Source of the DNA: Phoronis australis
Taxonomy: Eukaryota > Animalia > Phoronida
DNA: 64,000 bases
Direction of reading: 5' to 3'
NCBI GenBank assembly: GCA_002633005.1
Contig: NMRA01000207.1
Span: forward strand, 395,470-459,469
In this document: positions 1-12,359 of the stretch, piece after piece
Position numbering within the stretch: position 1 is the stretch's first letter
Layout of the letters: every line of letters starts with the position of its first letter
Notes under the pieces: model-generated
The model's database searches: none
What the model was told of the DNA's origin: nothing
The model's input: the letters and a program-made list of their open reading frames with translations, nothing else
Translations under genes and position numbers: made by a program

Positions 1-657
1 CTTGCTTGCGAATAATTGATATATTGCTTTCTTCCTCAAACAATTGGGACATACGTTGCTTGTCACGGCGGGTTAGGTCGCCAAAGCAGCACGACCATCA
101 AGCAATTTGCGTTTTGTTGAAATCGGTTTGAAAGTATAAAAACGTCATTGCGTTACTTTGGTAGAATTTGTTTGATAGCGGATTTTCACTGCCAAGGAAC
201 CCCTATCAGAAGACTACCTTACAATCGGTATCGATAGTGAGGTGGTTGGGCTCATTCAAGAACAGTTGGGGCGTGACTGTCGTGGACAATCAGGCCGAAC
301 ACGTCGTGTTTAGCAAACCGCAATATTGTTCTCATCTAGCCTGTCTGTAAGCGATGTCGGAAAACAACACAACAGCCGCTTGACGTTAGACTGTATCGTC
401 AGTTTCGGTACTAGCGCAAGAACTCGGTTAAGAAAAAATGTCTACAAATGAAAAATCTTCCCATAGTTACAAGAATGACAAGTTCACTTGAGTAGTACTG
501 CCAATGCATTGAAACCACGGGTTATAAAACACCTGGACTTAGGCGATTTTGTTCATGGTTTATGGTAATTACAGAGATATGTTAACTCTATAGTCCCGAT
601 TTCTCCCTCATTAGCATCCGTGGTCAGGAAGCCATAACGATCTGTCTGTTCCTCTCA

Positions 658-1064
658 AACCCAGAATTTTTTCGTAGATAAGCCCATGGGCGTGTATTCG
701 GAAAAAAATTTCAGGCGGGGTTTTAGGAACGCCAAATAAACGCCCGGGCGTTTATTCGGGAAAGGGAGCGTACCAGTAAACGGAAAACCATAGTTTTGCT
801 TGACTTGACACACTTTTACTTAAAATTACGTTTTAATTTTTTTGTTGATAAATGCATAGTTCGCCAACGCCTCGTTCCTTTTTATAAATGATAAATGCTC
901 CACAAAACGGAACTTGTGACAAAAATTTGACGCTGAGTGGACTTTAAGAGTAAAATTTCCAAACCACGTGACGCTGTCTTGACACCTGACACCACAAGTT
1001 GTAACACCAAATAAACGCCCATGAGCGTTTCATCGGGTTGGCTTTTCTTCGGAAAACCCCGGTA
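658..1064. mobile_element. Degenerate DNA-transposon relic with repeated AATAAACGCCC/GGGCGTTTATT subterminal motifs
   Basis: The motif recurs at about 678-700, 734-760 and 1009-1030, and the region ends CGGTA; TIRs are degenerate. Confidence 0.45.
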
Positions 1065-1305
1065 GTCTATGTAAAGAACAAAGTGAGATTAGTGATTTGA
1101 ATCATAAGTTGTTTTGCACAGGAGGAGTGTTTGTCACAGCGTTAACCCTAGCTGTAGCTTGACAAGAATATTACGGTAAAAGCTCCCGACATTCGAACCC
1201 ACGTGTGAATACCCGACAAGTAATTTAAATGGAAATCTGATTTTTGAAAATGGAACGTTCCTAAATTCTACGTTTCTTCCGTGCGTGGGTACAAGTGATG
1301 CTTAC

Positions 1306-1455
1306 CTCAAGACTGTTAAGTTTGACCCAAGAGTCTGACGGGAAGTCTTCCAACCTAGCCACGAGGAAGTGAAAGCATGCTAACCAGTGCAAAACAATGA
1401 AGATGACGCAGAACACGTTAAAGAGCGGCATAAACCATCCTGTGAATCCCAGAAC
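1306..1455 (-). CDS. HCN-like channel exon (S5 and turret)
   Basis: Acceptor TGTTTCAG, donor GAG|GTAAGC; VLGFTGWFMPLFNVFCVIFIVLHWLACFHFLVARLEDFPSDSWVKLNSLE. Confidence 0.9.
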
Positions 1456-4400
1456 CTGAAACAATTACTGTAGTAGCTGACATGTAGGCCTATACCTCTG
1501 TGAGGATTTTTTTCAACACATATAATATCCACGGCACTTGGGTCAGGGTTGCTGTCTCAAACAACGGTTGTTCCCATTTCTGTGCAGTCAGTTCTACAGC
1601 CAAAGGCCGCTGCACATTGAAATGCTTCACTTTTTGGATTGATTAGAATTGCCATTTGCTTCTACTTGAATCGTAACAAAACGAGATGCCCAATTGGGAA
1701 TTATGCTTCTAGCTAGAGGATAAGTCAGAGTGAATCCAGAAACAAGATGCAGACCCTTTGCCTGGCCGTCACTTCCGATTGTTCCGTGGAAGCTAATTAA
1801 GTAAAAGCCATGGCAACAGTAATTAACACGGAAACTTTTTTCCCATGGTAACCATGGATCTGTATATTTAAACGTAACATTAAAAGCGGTTTCTTTCCTC
1901 TTTACATGACCTCTGTGCTACACACACAAGTGTTGGTGATTAAAACCCTTGCCACCCCTTGGTGGATAAGGCCTCTGTGACCGAACGCCATTGAATCCTA
2001 TTGTTCGCCATCTGTCTTATTTGCTGCATGTTGTATCCGGTTTCACGAAGTTCCTCTTCCATTGTCCTCCTTCACGTTTGGACTGTTCTGCCTCGTCGAC
2101 GACTGCGCTGCGGGTTCCAGGACAGGGCTTGTTTTGTGATGGCTACACGCAAGTAAACAAAGGTTTTTCGTCGCCTTAATCAACGTACATTAAGACAAGA
2201 AAGTAGTTCATGGACACTTGATGAAAAGCTTACCGACTCCAGTCGCAGAACATAACGCCACAGCCGAGACAGGCGCAACAATCTGATGAGACTCACTACC
2301 TTGATGATACGTAAAACTCTGAGTGCTTTTCCTGAAAAACGGTTGCTCAGTTGTTCAACAATTATGCAAAATAATAAGTAGCATCAGTAACAACTGCAGC
2401 AAAACAAAAAAAAAATTCTCAAAGTGACTACTTTTACTTGAAAGAAGAAAATCTTTGTTTCTATTTATATTTGGTGAGAAATTTATCTGCTAACAAGGAT
2501 TCAAGACAATTTCAACGAAGAGAAAAATAATCCAAACTACATATAGATTCTCGATTTTCTCCGAAGAAGCCAAAATGGCGGCACAACACACTGGCATAAA
2601 ATTCAATTTCACAGGGACACTTTGAAGAATACAAACTTTAGCTTATAACACGGTCCAACCCATTGCAACTCGTTTCTGATAAGTTGTCCAAATCAAGGCA
2701 TATTCGGTGAGGTGTACATACGGTTAGGTGTCACTGAAGTGAAATTGTGCAGTGCCATTGCTGTGTGATGGTTTGGAAGAATGCACAATTACCTACGTAC
2801 CAGCCTCAGATTGTGGCCACAGAGGTCGCAATATTAGATCCCAGGGCACGGAACTAACGAGATCAGGGATAAACCACGTACTTAAATAATGCTTGGTCAT
2901 CAACTTCGGGTCGAGAATTACGTCATTGTGAGTAATGTATCCTGAAAATATATTCAGTCAATTTTAATTTGAGATCATAACATTTTAAAATTCTTCTGGT
3001 GTAGTCTATATTTCACAAGCTCGTTTCCGAGTTCCTAATATTTGTGGCAACTTCGTGTGTAGGCATACCCATATGCATGTGACGTCCCAACTGAAAAAAA
3101 AATCATAAAACACACGATGAGGCGAGACTTCTGTAAAGTCCGAAACACGACACACACATGACCTGTATATAGTACAGCCACGATATACACATTTATATCG
3201 TACAGCGCGCTGCACATTCACGGCAATACAGTATTACTGATAGTTTAAAATGTTGTGTGTAAGTTTACCAAAAAATCACGTTTCTTCTGAATTTCCAAAA
3301 TTTATAAAATCTGTCAATCCAGCCCAAGTGTTATCACAATAATGACCAGAGAAGTTTCTCGAGGGAGGCGAGTGTTTGATGAGAATGATAGAGCCTTTAG
3401 TGGAACTAGTAAACCGGTAGCCACTGACGTAATTATTCAGTGATTTTGAAGTGTTGAATTAAGGAACAGAATTCGCTGTTTTTATTCCATAAGCCAAACT
3501 TTTCGCTGCAAGTGCACGCGCCTACTGAATGCAATTTCTTCTAACTATACAGCAAGAGGAGATTATCATAGCTACAACGCGCTTGCACGTTGAGAAGGCA
3601 GTGTAGCTCAATAATTTGAGCTCCAGGCTCCCATTAGGAAGACCTGGGTTCGAATCCTGGCTTTACTGGCAGACAATCAAGCATTGCACAAAAGTGTCTC
3701 CTACTCCTCTGAGCTCGGTCTCGAGCAAGGGAGTGAATGAGAACCTGGATATAATGCGAAAACGATTTTTGGGGTAGTGCTCATATTAAAATATAACAAC
3801 GCTCTTGCACGGTTTTTGAGACAGGTGTTTGGCTGCGGGCTGCAGTAGCCAAACAGAGGATTGCGAACTATTATTTATGCACACGTTTTAGTGTTCTATT
3901 TAAGAAAAATAATACAGTTCAGTGTCAACATATACAGTAAAGGGTACCGAGATCTCAGCTTCCACGGCCAACTACATGTATTTCAGACAAACTTCGCTCT
4001 TTTTAGGAACAATTCTGTATAGCTAGGCCTAGAGTTGTATGTTTAACGCGATTGACGGCAAGCTGTACAATCCTGAACTTACTGAGTCGATCGATGTAAA
4101 TAAGTAAAAATATCTGTCTCACCTAGCATCCCGTACCTGTTCTGAAGTTGATGACTATATCGAGCAAGAAGAGAAAATCACAGAAAGCGTTGTAGGTCTG
4201 CCACCAGGTTTCTCTGTAGTCTTCGTACAAACACACGCATATCGGTATGACGACCATGTTCAAGCAACAGACTACGAGAATAATACAATCCCATCCACAT
4301 CTGCAAGAAATAGACTGAAGCATGGTGAATCAAAGCGCTGTCTGCAGAACTGACATCAGGAAACCGTTTCATAAGAGTGACTTTTAATCCTTAAAAGACT

Positions 4401-6072
4401 TAATACAGAAATTTGATTTCACGCTTTCACTTCAAATTGTTAAAAAGGGTTTAGCCAAGTAATCACGAGCGCGTAACACTCTAAAAATAATTTGTATAAA
4501 TTACTCAGTAACTATTCTCAGAGGCTTTGCTCATTTTCGCAAGTTAGATTTAATTTTTTATCAGAAATAGCTATGTGGAGAGTAAGACCAAATTTCTGGC
4601 TTGGATACTAAAACCTGTTTTGATTTCAATCAAACCTCGTTCTGTCATCTGCTAATGCAGCACTGACGTGAATCTTGAAAGATGAAAGAAGGAATCGACT
4701 ACAAACTCTTATTCCCTATCTCACAAGTTGGATAATACAGTCCTTGGTGGGTGTTTTTTCCCACAGTTGCCGCGTAATTCACGAAAAGCGTAGGTCACGC
4801 TTGCCCATTTAAGAGACTTTGTATGGGGTTTTCAAATTTTCCTCCAAACTTTTGAGGGTTACAGAGCATTATATTGTTTCAGAGGACTGGAGGGGAAAGT
4901 CATTTTTAGTATCTGTTAATAGACGGAAACCGGATGTGGTACCCTTTTAATTGTGAAACAGGTCACAGTGGAAGAAACTGTCTCACAGTGCGTCAAAGCA
5001 TCAGAAGTCGATTTCCTTAATTCTCTAAAAGCGTAAGTCAATCGAGGGGCTGCAGTTGAAAATTTTGGATACCCAGTAATTTACTGAGTGGACTCGACTC
5101 ATTTGTGGAGAGCTTCAATAAAAAGTCATTTCTTAGAGTTTTGCTCCATAAACATTACAGTTAATTTCGTAAACCTAATCCTTTCGCAGTGATTACTGTC
5201 ATGGTAACGCGTGATCCTAAATCCTTTCGTAATTACTGTAGCTAGTAACGCTTGACCACTACGCCTGAAACAGTACAAGGAAAGATGCCATGTTGTCAAA
5301 CATGAGTAGAGTTACATCGGAACATTTAGAATATTCTGGTGGTAGGCTAGGGTTTCTAAAAAAACGTTCTGAACTTTTTGTTGATGGAATGAAAACCTTT
5401 TTGTTGATCTTGAAACTGGCAAACTAATCCTGTTTATAGGCAGTCTTAGTTCGATTTAAAAATCGAAAACGAACCCTTTAAAACACGTAGTCAGTTTTGT
5501 TGGAAAGTGCACAATTTCGTAAGGAAACTGCATGGTGGTGAAAAGTTCTCCAATATTTGAGCAGCTTGTCCAGCTCCACGCATCCTGAATTTGTAACAGG
5601 TTCCAAGCTATTTCCTGCTTTTTGATAGTATCTGCCCTCTGGTGTTAAAGCTTCAAGTTGTTTAAAAATCATACCTAATAGACATTAATGGCCGTTTGCT
5701 TAAACATGGCTTAAAATCTCACTAATCATTATTGATCAAGTAGAAAATAGCATTATATTGGACTTTAATGTCCTTTTCTGTAACTGCGCTTGTCTCTATG
5801 TTCTAATTCATTGTTGTTTACCTAAATTTGCTACAAGGGTGCACGATGAACTTGGCCTGTTTGTTCATGCGATCTATTTCGCGCTCCATACCACTCTCAT
5901 AGCCCAAAAGTTTCATTGTGAATTCCGTTTCAGCTGGTCGCAACATTTGCTTCATTGTTGACAGCACATTGCCCTTACTCAGCGCCACACCGTGTTTGCC
6001 TCGTATGTCTAGTTCTGGATGCGAAATGTTGACGCCGTGAGAATTTGGTGCTTTCTGGAATTGATTGTGCAT
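1306..6072 (-). CDS. Divergent HCN-like (hyperpolarization-activated cyclic nucleotide-gated family) channel, partial; pore and CNBD exons lie beyond the left window edge
   Basis: Exons 6072(or 6090)-5822, 4300-4137, 2941-2801, 2331-2234 and 1455-1306 join in frame with GT-AG boundaries. Motifs: HCN-domain/S1 EREIDRMNKQAKFIVHPCSKFRCGWD, S2 DFLFLLDIVINFRTG, S3 ILDPKLMTKHYLSTWFIPDLVSSVPWD, S4 KALRVLRIIKVVSLIRLLRLSRLWRY, S5 HWLACFHFLVARLEDFPSDSWV. Start codon uncertain. Confidence 0.88.
1940..2143 (-). mobile_element. 3' fragment of an RTE-clade non-LTR retrotransposon
   Basis: Minus frame AITKQALSWNPQRSRRRGRTVQT*RRTMEEELRETGYNMQQIRQMANNRIQWRSVTEAL matches the RTE ORF C-terminus; the conserved Trp has become TGA. 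Confidence 0.8.
2234..2331 (-). CDS. HCN-like channel exon (S4 voltage sensor)
   Basis: Acceptor GTTTTTCAG, donor GTAAGC; GKALRVLRIIKVVSLIRLLRLSRLWRYVLRLES with a basic residue every third position. Confidence 0.92.
2801..2941 (-). CDS. HCN-like channel exon (S2-S3 linker and S3)
   Basis: Acceptor TATTTTCAG, donor G|GTACGT; YITHNDVILDPKLMTKHYLSTWFIPDLVSSVPWDLILRPLWPQSEA. Not in the ORF track. Confidence 0.88.
3592..3790 (+). mobile_element. tRNA-derived SINE, copy 1
   Basis: A-box-like TGTAGCTCAAT and B-box GGTTCGAATCC (3647-3657); about 200-bp body colinear with 63641-63835. Confidence 0.8.
4137..4300 (-). CDS. HCN-like channel exon (S1-S2)
   Basis: Acceptor TTTCTTGCAG, donor G|GTACGG; WDCIILVVCCLNMVVIPICVCL...DFLFLLDIVINFRTG. 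Confidence 0.9.
5822..6072 (-). CDS. HCN-like channel exon (N-terminal HCN domain to start of S1)
   Basis: MLRPAETEFTMKLLGYESGMEREIDRMNKQAKFIVHPCSKFR resembles the HCN N-terminal domain; donor AG|GTAAAC, phase 2. Confidence 0.85.
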
Positions 6073-7721
6073 TTGGTTACCGTGTTGAAACTATATCTCA
6101 CATTACTCGAGCTTTGCGATAAACATTGAATTTTTATATCGGATGGGCAAAGGAGAGAATCGGCTAGCATAAAATCCAGCGCTCAATATTCTTTACTTCG
6201 AAATGCGCTGACTACATTGTGAAGAATTTTGGCACAGACGCAAACTGTCACAACGCAAGATAGTTTGTGACTCAGCTCCCGGCCCTGCATGAGAAGTAGG
6301 ATGAACGTTGACTAACTTGACATCTACATGCGTTTGCTGCGTGTTCTAGTTAGAGTTATCGCCACATATACACACATACGGTATTTTGAAACGCCAAGAC
6401 ACAATAAATAATAATACCGGGGATCAAAAGCAAATGCAAGTGACCAGTTCTGTTTCTTTTTTTTGTAACTGTGTTTTATTTCTTTTTCTTCTAGTAGATT
6501 GTCTTTTTGTAGAACTATGTTTGAGCGGACTCGCACGAATTGTCGTCCATTTCCGCGACATGTTGTGTGGCAGTTCTTCGTGTAGAGACGCCTCTGGTTT
6601 TTGCATTGACGCCAATTATTTTGCACAAGATGAACAGTCAATTTTACATGATACTACTAGATGAGCGGGCGCAGTCAACTTGCATTAGCTCAAAGACGGG
6701 AGACAAATATATAAAGCTATACATGGTGTTGCGCCGTGCCTAACTCTTTTTACTTACTAAGAATGAGTTTGCATTGTGAGATGGCGTAAGTAATTATCCG
6801 ACAAAACCCTTTACTACATTTGGTTAAAAGGATACCAAACCCCGTTTTGGCCTATTAACTGAAATTAAAATGCACTTTCTCATCCAATTCTCGGAAACAA
6901 AATAATGGTCTGTGATTCCGGACAACCATCAAAAGTTTTTAGGAACATTTGAAACTCCTTTTAAAATCTATTGACGATGTTGGTTTTGGGTCAAATAAGC
7001 ATCAGAAACCCTCACACTGTATTTACATGCATACCAGATTCCAACATTTCGACGAAGTTCAGTTCATTATTCTCAAGGAGTTCACCGACACCAAACAGGG
7101 TCACAAGTAACGCGTAAAGTAGCTTTACAAGTGAATTTTGGTTCAGTTGATTTTGCTACTTGTGACCCTGTTGTTGGGTTTTGGTGAACTCCTTGAGAAT
7201 GATGAATTGAACTTTGCCGAAACGTTGGACTCGTGTATATGGTAAGTAAATACAGAATGTTAACAACAATTGTGCTGGGGTTTCTACTCCTCTTAAAGTC
7301 TGCCAAATGGGCAAGTGTGACCTATGCTTTTAGCCAATTACAAGGCCACTGTATGGGAAGACCACTTAGCAAGAAGTATAATATCCAATCTGTAACATGG
7401 GGAGTATGGATTTTTAGTTGATTCCTGCCTTGGTCTTTCAAGATTGACGTCAATGATGCATTTGCAGGTGACACAACGAAGATTGGTTGAAATCATCAAA
7501 TCAGGGTTTTGTATCCTTTTAAATGGTATTACCTAACAAATACGCCTGAATATAAGTTAAAAATTACAGCGCGCTCTACAAGTAAAAGGCGATATTTGCA
7601 CCAGGACTATCTAATTTCAGTGACCAGGGAATTCTATCAGGCTCAACGTTCTACTATTAGATCAAAGCCGCTACAGCAATCAAAATGGCTTCAGGCATTT
7701 TCTTCGACAGGAGAGTCTTAC

Positions 7722-7970
7722 CAACAAGTGCGAACCCATGTGACTTCCGAGAGTCTTTTTCATGACGGTCATAGTCGACTGTGCATCTCGCTCGAATTTG
7801 ATTTTAAAATCGGTCGGTGCCTTTGCAGACTTCGCTTCCGTATTAAGATGGCTGGAACATTGTTTACCGGTTTCCAGCAGCACCGATTGGCGGCGACTGG
7901 ACTTAGCCGAGGTGACACACTCGCTGCGGCTGGAGTGCGCAACGTCTTTGAGGTCGGACGGGTCTAACAT
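7722..7970 (-). CDS. Possible upstream coding exon of the HCN-like gene (disordered N-terminus)
   Basis: ATG-initiated Ser/Lys-rich ORF with a PKA-like RRQS site and phase-0 donor TTG|GTAAGA. It would join in frame to a weak acceptor at 6091-6092. No homology recognised. Confidence 0.3.
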
Positions 7971-10022
7971 TTTATTTCATATCAGTCTAAATACGATCAA
8001 TTCCTGCACATTGATAAAGAGTGAATTTAAAATGTAGATACGAAGATTTTATCCTTCTCTTTTACGAAAACAGAGCCTGTAACTGATACGCAGAGAAAAT
8101 AACACATTGCCTTTGCAAATTTATGACGCAATATTTTATGATGCCGAAATTAAGTAATTTCTGATCTGAAAATACGAATTATGACCGTAGTGCAACCAAT
8201 TATTGTCATTTTCTGTTCCTGGCTTGTTTCTCCTTACAACTTTTAAGTATTAAAATACTCTAGTGATCGTTTTAGTTATCAAATATGAAGCAAAACTATC
8301 AAGTCTACAGTATTCGTTTGCAAAATCGTATTGCATGTGATTTTGTTTTAAATTGTCTCTATGTTCACGTTTTATTCGTAGAAGTTGTCGCTTCTTATAA
8401 ACTGGTGAAATTTGAGATTCAAGGTTTTTCGAATATTTTTAAAGCAGATGCGGTATTTACGAGACGGCGCAAGATTCCTGCTGTTCGTGGCAGACGTTCG
8501 TCGTTTCATGGACCGGTTTGTTCAGAAGAGTTTACACGTCGACGTGTTACCGGGACAAGTTTATCGAAAAACAATATGTATTGTATGCTAGACTCAGAAG
8601 GGAAACAAGCTGATATTAAGATGAGTCATGTTCATTCAGACAATTTGTGTTTGCATGTAATCTTGTGAACAATACTAGTGTGCTATTTCTGTGGCTGGAT
8701 ATATGGCGAAAGTACGATACGTCGAGAAGGGGGAGTACACACGGGGGTCCTATCTGGTGAAACTTAGTTACCAGTAGTCTTGCTGTGCGTAAACTTGAAA
8801 TCCTGCTTAATCTCAAGATTGCGTATTCGTGAACTCAGAATACACTAAGAAACTTGACAAGTTCACTCTAATAATCACGTTCACGTTGATAAAAATTTAC
8901 ACTGCACCAAAACAAACTTTATGTTAATAAAATAAAATAAATGCTAACCAACCTTTTTCAACAATTGCCGATCCTATAATAATTGATTTAACCGTTCACA
9001 TATTTCTCCAATTTTTGACACAATTTGACTAGGTAAAGGAGAAAATGGGTGATCGTGAGACCACTTATATTTTTATACATTTATCATCTATAATGTAAAT
9101 CACAATGAACACATACACGCACACACTCACTCAATGGTCGCTTAATTTTCAATAACGTGATCAAATTTTAACCATCTCTTTCTAAATCGACCAAACTGCC
9201 AATTTTTTCTAAAAATAGATTTCTCTTTCAGAAAATACTGTTTTAAAATATTCACAAGAGCATTATATAGATGAAAAAGCACGATCCCCCCAAACTTTGA
9301 CTGTTTTTATGATATTTCGCTAGAATCAAAATTACGTTTGTAGATGAACATGCGTTGTTAATTCAAAAAAGAACATTCAATTTTTGTGTTCATTAACGTT
9401 TCATCACTATCACTGAAGTAAAATTCAAAAATATCTTCCCAGAAGGTTCTGGTGTAGTTAAAGTTTACAAAAATAAGTGCATCAAAGTTTCTAGGGCTTG
9501 ATTACAAAGTGTAGAAGCAGAAGACTCCGAGAAGCCAATTTAACATCTAGAGAAAAATTACACTGTTCTCCAACACTCATCTCAGAAATCCGTTTCTCAC
9601 GTGACCTGGAATGTGTTACGTCACAACTGGTTAATAAATATAGATTACATGTTCTCAAACGTTATTCCCCGTATTCTAGAGCCCGAGTGGATTTTATGGA
9701 GAATTATCGCCTCGATTCCCGCCAAATAAATGGGTTATTACACGGTTGAATTGGCCATTCGAGGCTGATATTGCAGTATAGCACTTAGTACGTAATTTTT
9801 TGATAATACATGGGCAAATCGCAAAGTAGTGCAAAGTAGAAATACATATGTCTCACACTTTATCGTCCGCAAAACACTGAAACAATCAAACGCGCGCCAA
9901 CCAAACAATGCCGGAATTCCGAGAAGGTGACAAGGTTATGGTTGACAATTCGGATGTCGCAACTGTACGTTTTTACGGTTCACGTGAGAAAACAAATCCT
10001 AAATTCGTCTGAGCAACAGCTC

Positions 10023-10078
10023 TTGGAAATTTCGTCAAAATCCCTTGACGAATCTCGAGATTTTGACGAAATTTCCAA
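10023..10078. repeat. Perfect 20-bp inverted repeat (hairpin)
   Basis: TTGGAAATTTCGTCAAAATC / GATTTTGACGAAATTTCCAA with a 16-nt spacer. Confidence 0.9.
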
Positions 10079-12301
10079 ACCTGAGACTCGTGTAGGATTC
10101 TCTATTTATCCTGTGAGATCTTATATCATACATTGATCTACACCCTTTCTTAGTTTTTGTTATCTAATTTAGCACTTCCGGATAAAATGGTAGGCGTAGC
10201 ACAACTCTAGCATAGACCTGCAGCTGACAACTTAACGCCATGTTGGAGAGCGTTTCTAGTCATGTGACAAGGGTAAACAGCCGTGTAAACAAACGGGGCA
10301 AATTGCCCTTTTCAAAACGCGATATCTAACACATAAAGAGGTGGAAGAGTGTGAGTTTTTTCAGAAACATAAAAAACATGTGATGTCGCACTTGCATGCG
10401 TTTTAAGAGTCAATCAGTTGCCACGGAAAATATCAAACTAATAGAAGATCGCAACCAGTGCGTGCTGGGCAGATTCTCGCGTGGCCTGTGCGGCTGCACG
10501 CTTGTCAATCCACTGTGAGCGATTTTTTTTTTCGTTTGTTCAAGAGAAACCAATAACATAGATCGCGCAAATTTATCATTTAGTTTTGTCGCTCGAAGTA
10601 AATACAGTATATCCAGGAGACGTACCGCTCATTCGGGTGGTACGTACTTTCGTGATGCCCCAATACGCCTTTTCAATATTGAAAAATGACCCCGGGTAAC
10701 TTTGTAAAATAAAATATGACCGGGTCACTTTTAATAGGGTCTAAATTTAATGTGGACTACTGTGAAAAATGACCCCATCGGGGGCATATAAGTAAATGAT
10801 AGGTTTTTAAAGTTCAGCAAAGAACACACTCAGTTCCTTTCCTGTACAGTCTCTCGAGATTGCCAACGCGCACATATTCTTTTCTCAGGCACGGTATTCC
10901 TCTCTCACGGATTTGAAGTGCCCCCGATCAAGCACCAGGCACTTGTTGGCGTTTTGTAGAATCCCGACCCACACCGTGTAATTATGTGCTCACAAAGCGA
11001 TCAGTCCCGCTCCTACACTTTATTTCGGCGAACCGTTCCTTTCCCTTCCCAGCCTTAATCAGATATGATACGTACTGCGCGTCCCTCAGCCAAAAAATTA
11101 AAATAACTCCTTCTCTCACGCACGCTTGGCCTTTTCACGGTTTCAAGTTTGACTTTGATGGTAAAAAACTCGTACTATCAAAACTTAGATTTTTCTGATA
11201 ACTTAATGTCATCACAAAACTGAAGTTTTTCGAATTATAAAAACTTAAATTTTCATGTATTGAAAACTTAAGTTTTCTGAAAACTATAAGGTTTCTATCT
11301 CACCAAAATTTGTGTTTTCAAGTTTTGGAAACTTAAATATTGTGTGATATTTGATTTTTATTGTTCGAAGTTTTCCCAGATTTTCTAACAAAATATTTTT
11401 GTTTGCTAACACAACCCCATAATTTAATGTATCCATGTAAAACGATCAAATTCGTTGCCCTGATTGTTTCCCCAACATTAAACACACACCATGAAACAAC
11501 GGACGTTTAATTGGTTAAAAGAATTCGCAGGTTTTCGTCAATTTAATGTAGACGAGCATCCGGCGACCAACAGCGGGCAACTGAACGAAGGACTGTTCGA
11601 AAAATAGCGATTGTTTTCGCTTAAGCCCAGCTCCCACACATCTTCTTCTTCTTTGTTGAAGTGACCACACTCTCTCCAGAGTATTGTGTCACTGTATAAC
11701 AATGAAGATCAACAAAAACGTGAACAACTATAACAGGTTTAAAAAGGATATATATACATAGTGGACGTCGCTTCAGAGGGCGTTTAACTTAGCTAGATCG
11801 TTTACAAATAAGGCAGTCAGTAAGCGGGTGCACCTGGAGGCACCCCAATATTTTAATTTAGAAAGACAGATAGCCCGGCAAGCTAATTGAATTCCCATCA
11901 CCGAGTCAGGCAGACAGTATTGCCTCCTTAAGGCCATAAAAAGTTGTTATCATATGTCAAAATGAAAACTTTTTACACATGACGTCATAATCTAGAAAAA
12001 TTCCGTAATTATCCATTATATCATATATAAATATTATTCGTCTATCGTTCCACGACTTAAAAAATACTGACTTTTTGCTAATCCTAATTGAGCAGTTGTA
12101 CCAGAACGGTTGATAAAAGAGATTTCTAAGTTCGCTAAAGTCCCCTGGGTCAATTTCTCAAATTCTTTCAAGATGGAAAAATTTCCACCCAGAAATTATT
12201 TTTAATTTTGGAGGAGGGGCCAATAATTAACAAAAAGTATTTGCACTGAACAAAAAAGTCCCTTGATTGCCCTAATGAACATTCAACTCCAAGTTCACGC
12301 A

Positions 12302-12359
12302 TCTCGCTAGCTTCCTGCGTGTCGTTAGGTGCTTATCTACACGCAGGGAACCAGCGAGA
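12302..12359. mobile_element. 58-bp palindromic mini-element with 8-bp TSD
   Basis: TCTCGCT..TTCCTGCGTGT / ACACGCAGGGAA..AGCGAGA hairpin, flanked by TTCACGCA at 12294-12301 and 12360-12367. Confidence 0.65.

Noticed and set aside
3592-3670. Possible tRNA gene
   Set aside because: The cloverleaf is incomplete and similarity to the second copy continues about 130 bp past the tRNA-like head, so it is a SINE.
8450-8590. CpG-rich short plus-strand frames with the palindrome ACACGTCGACGTGT
   Set aside because: No recognisable homology or consistent splice partners; probably promoter-proximal sequence of the HCN-like gene.
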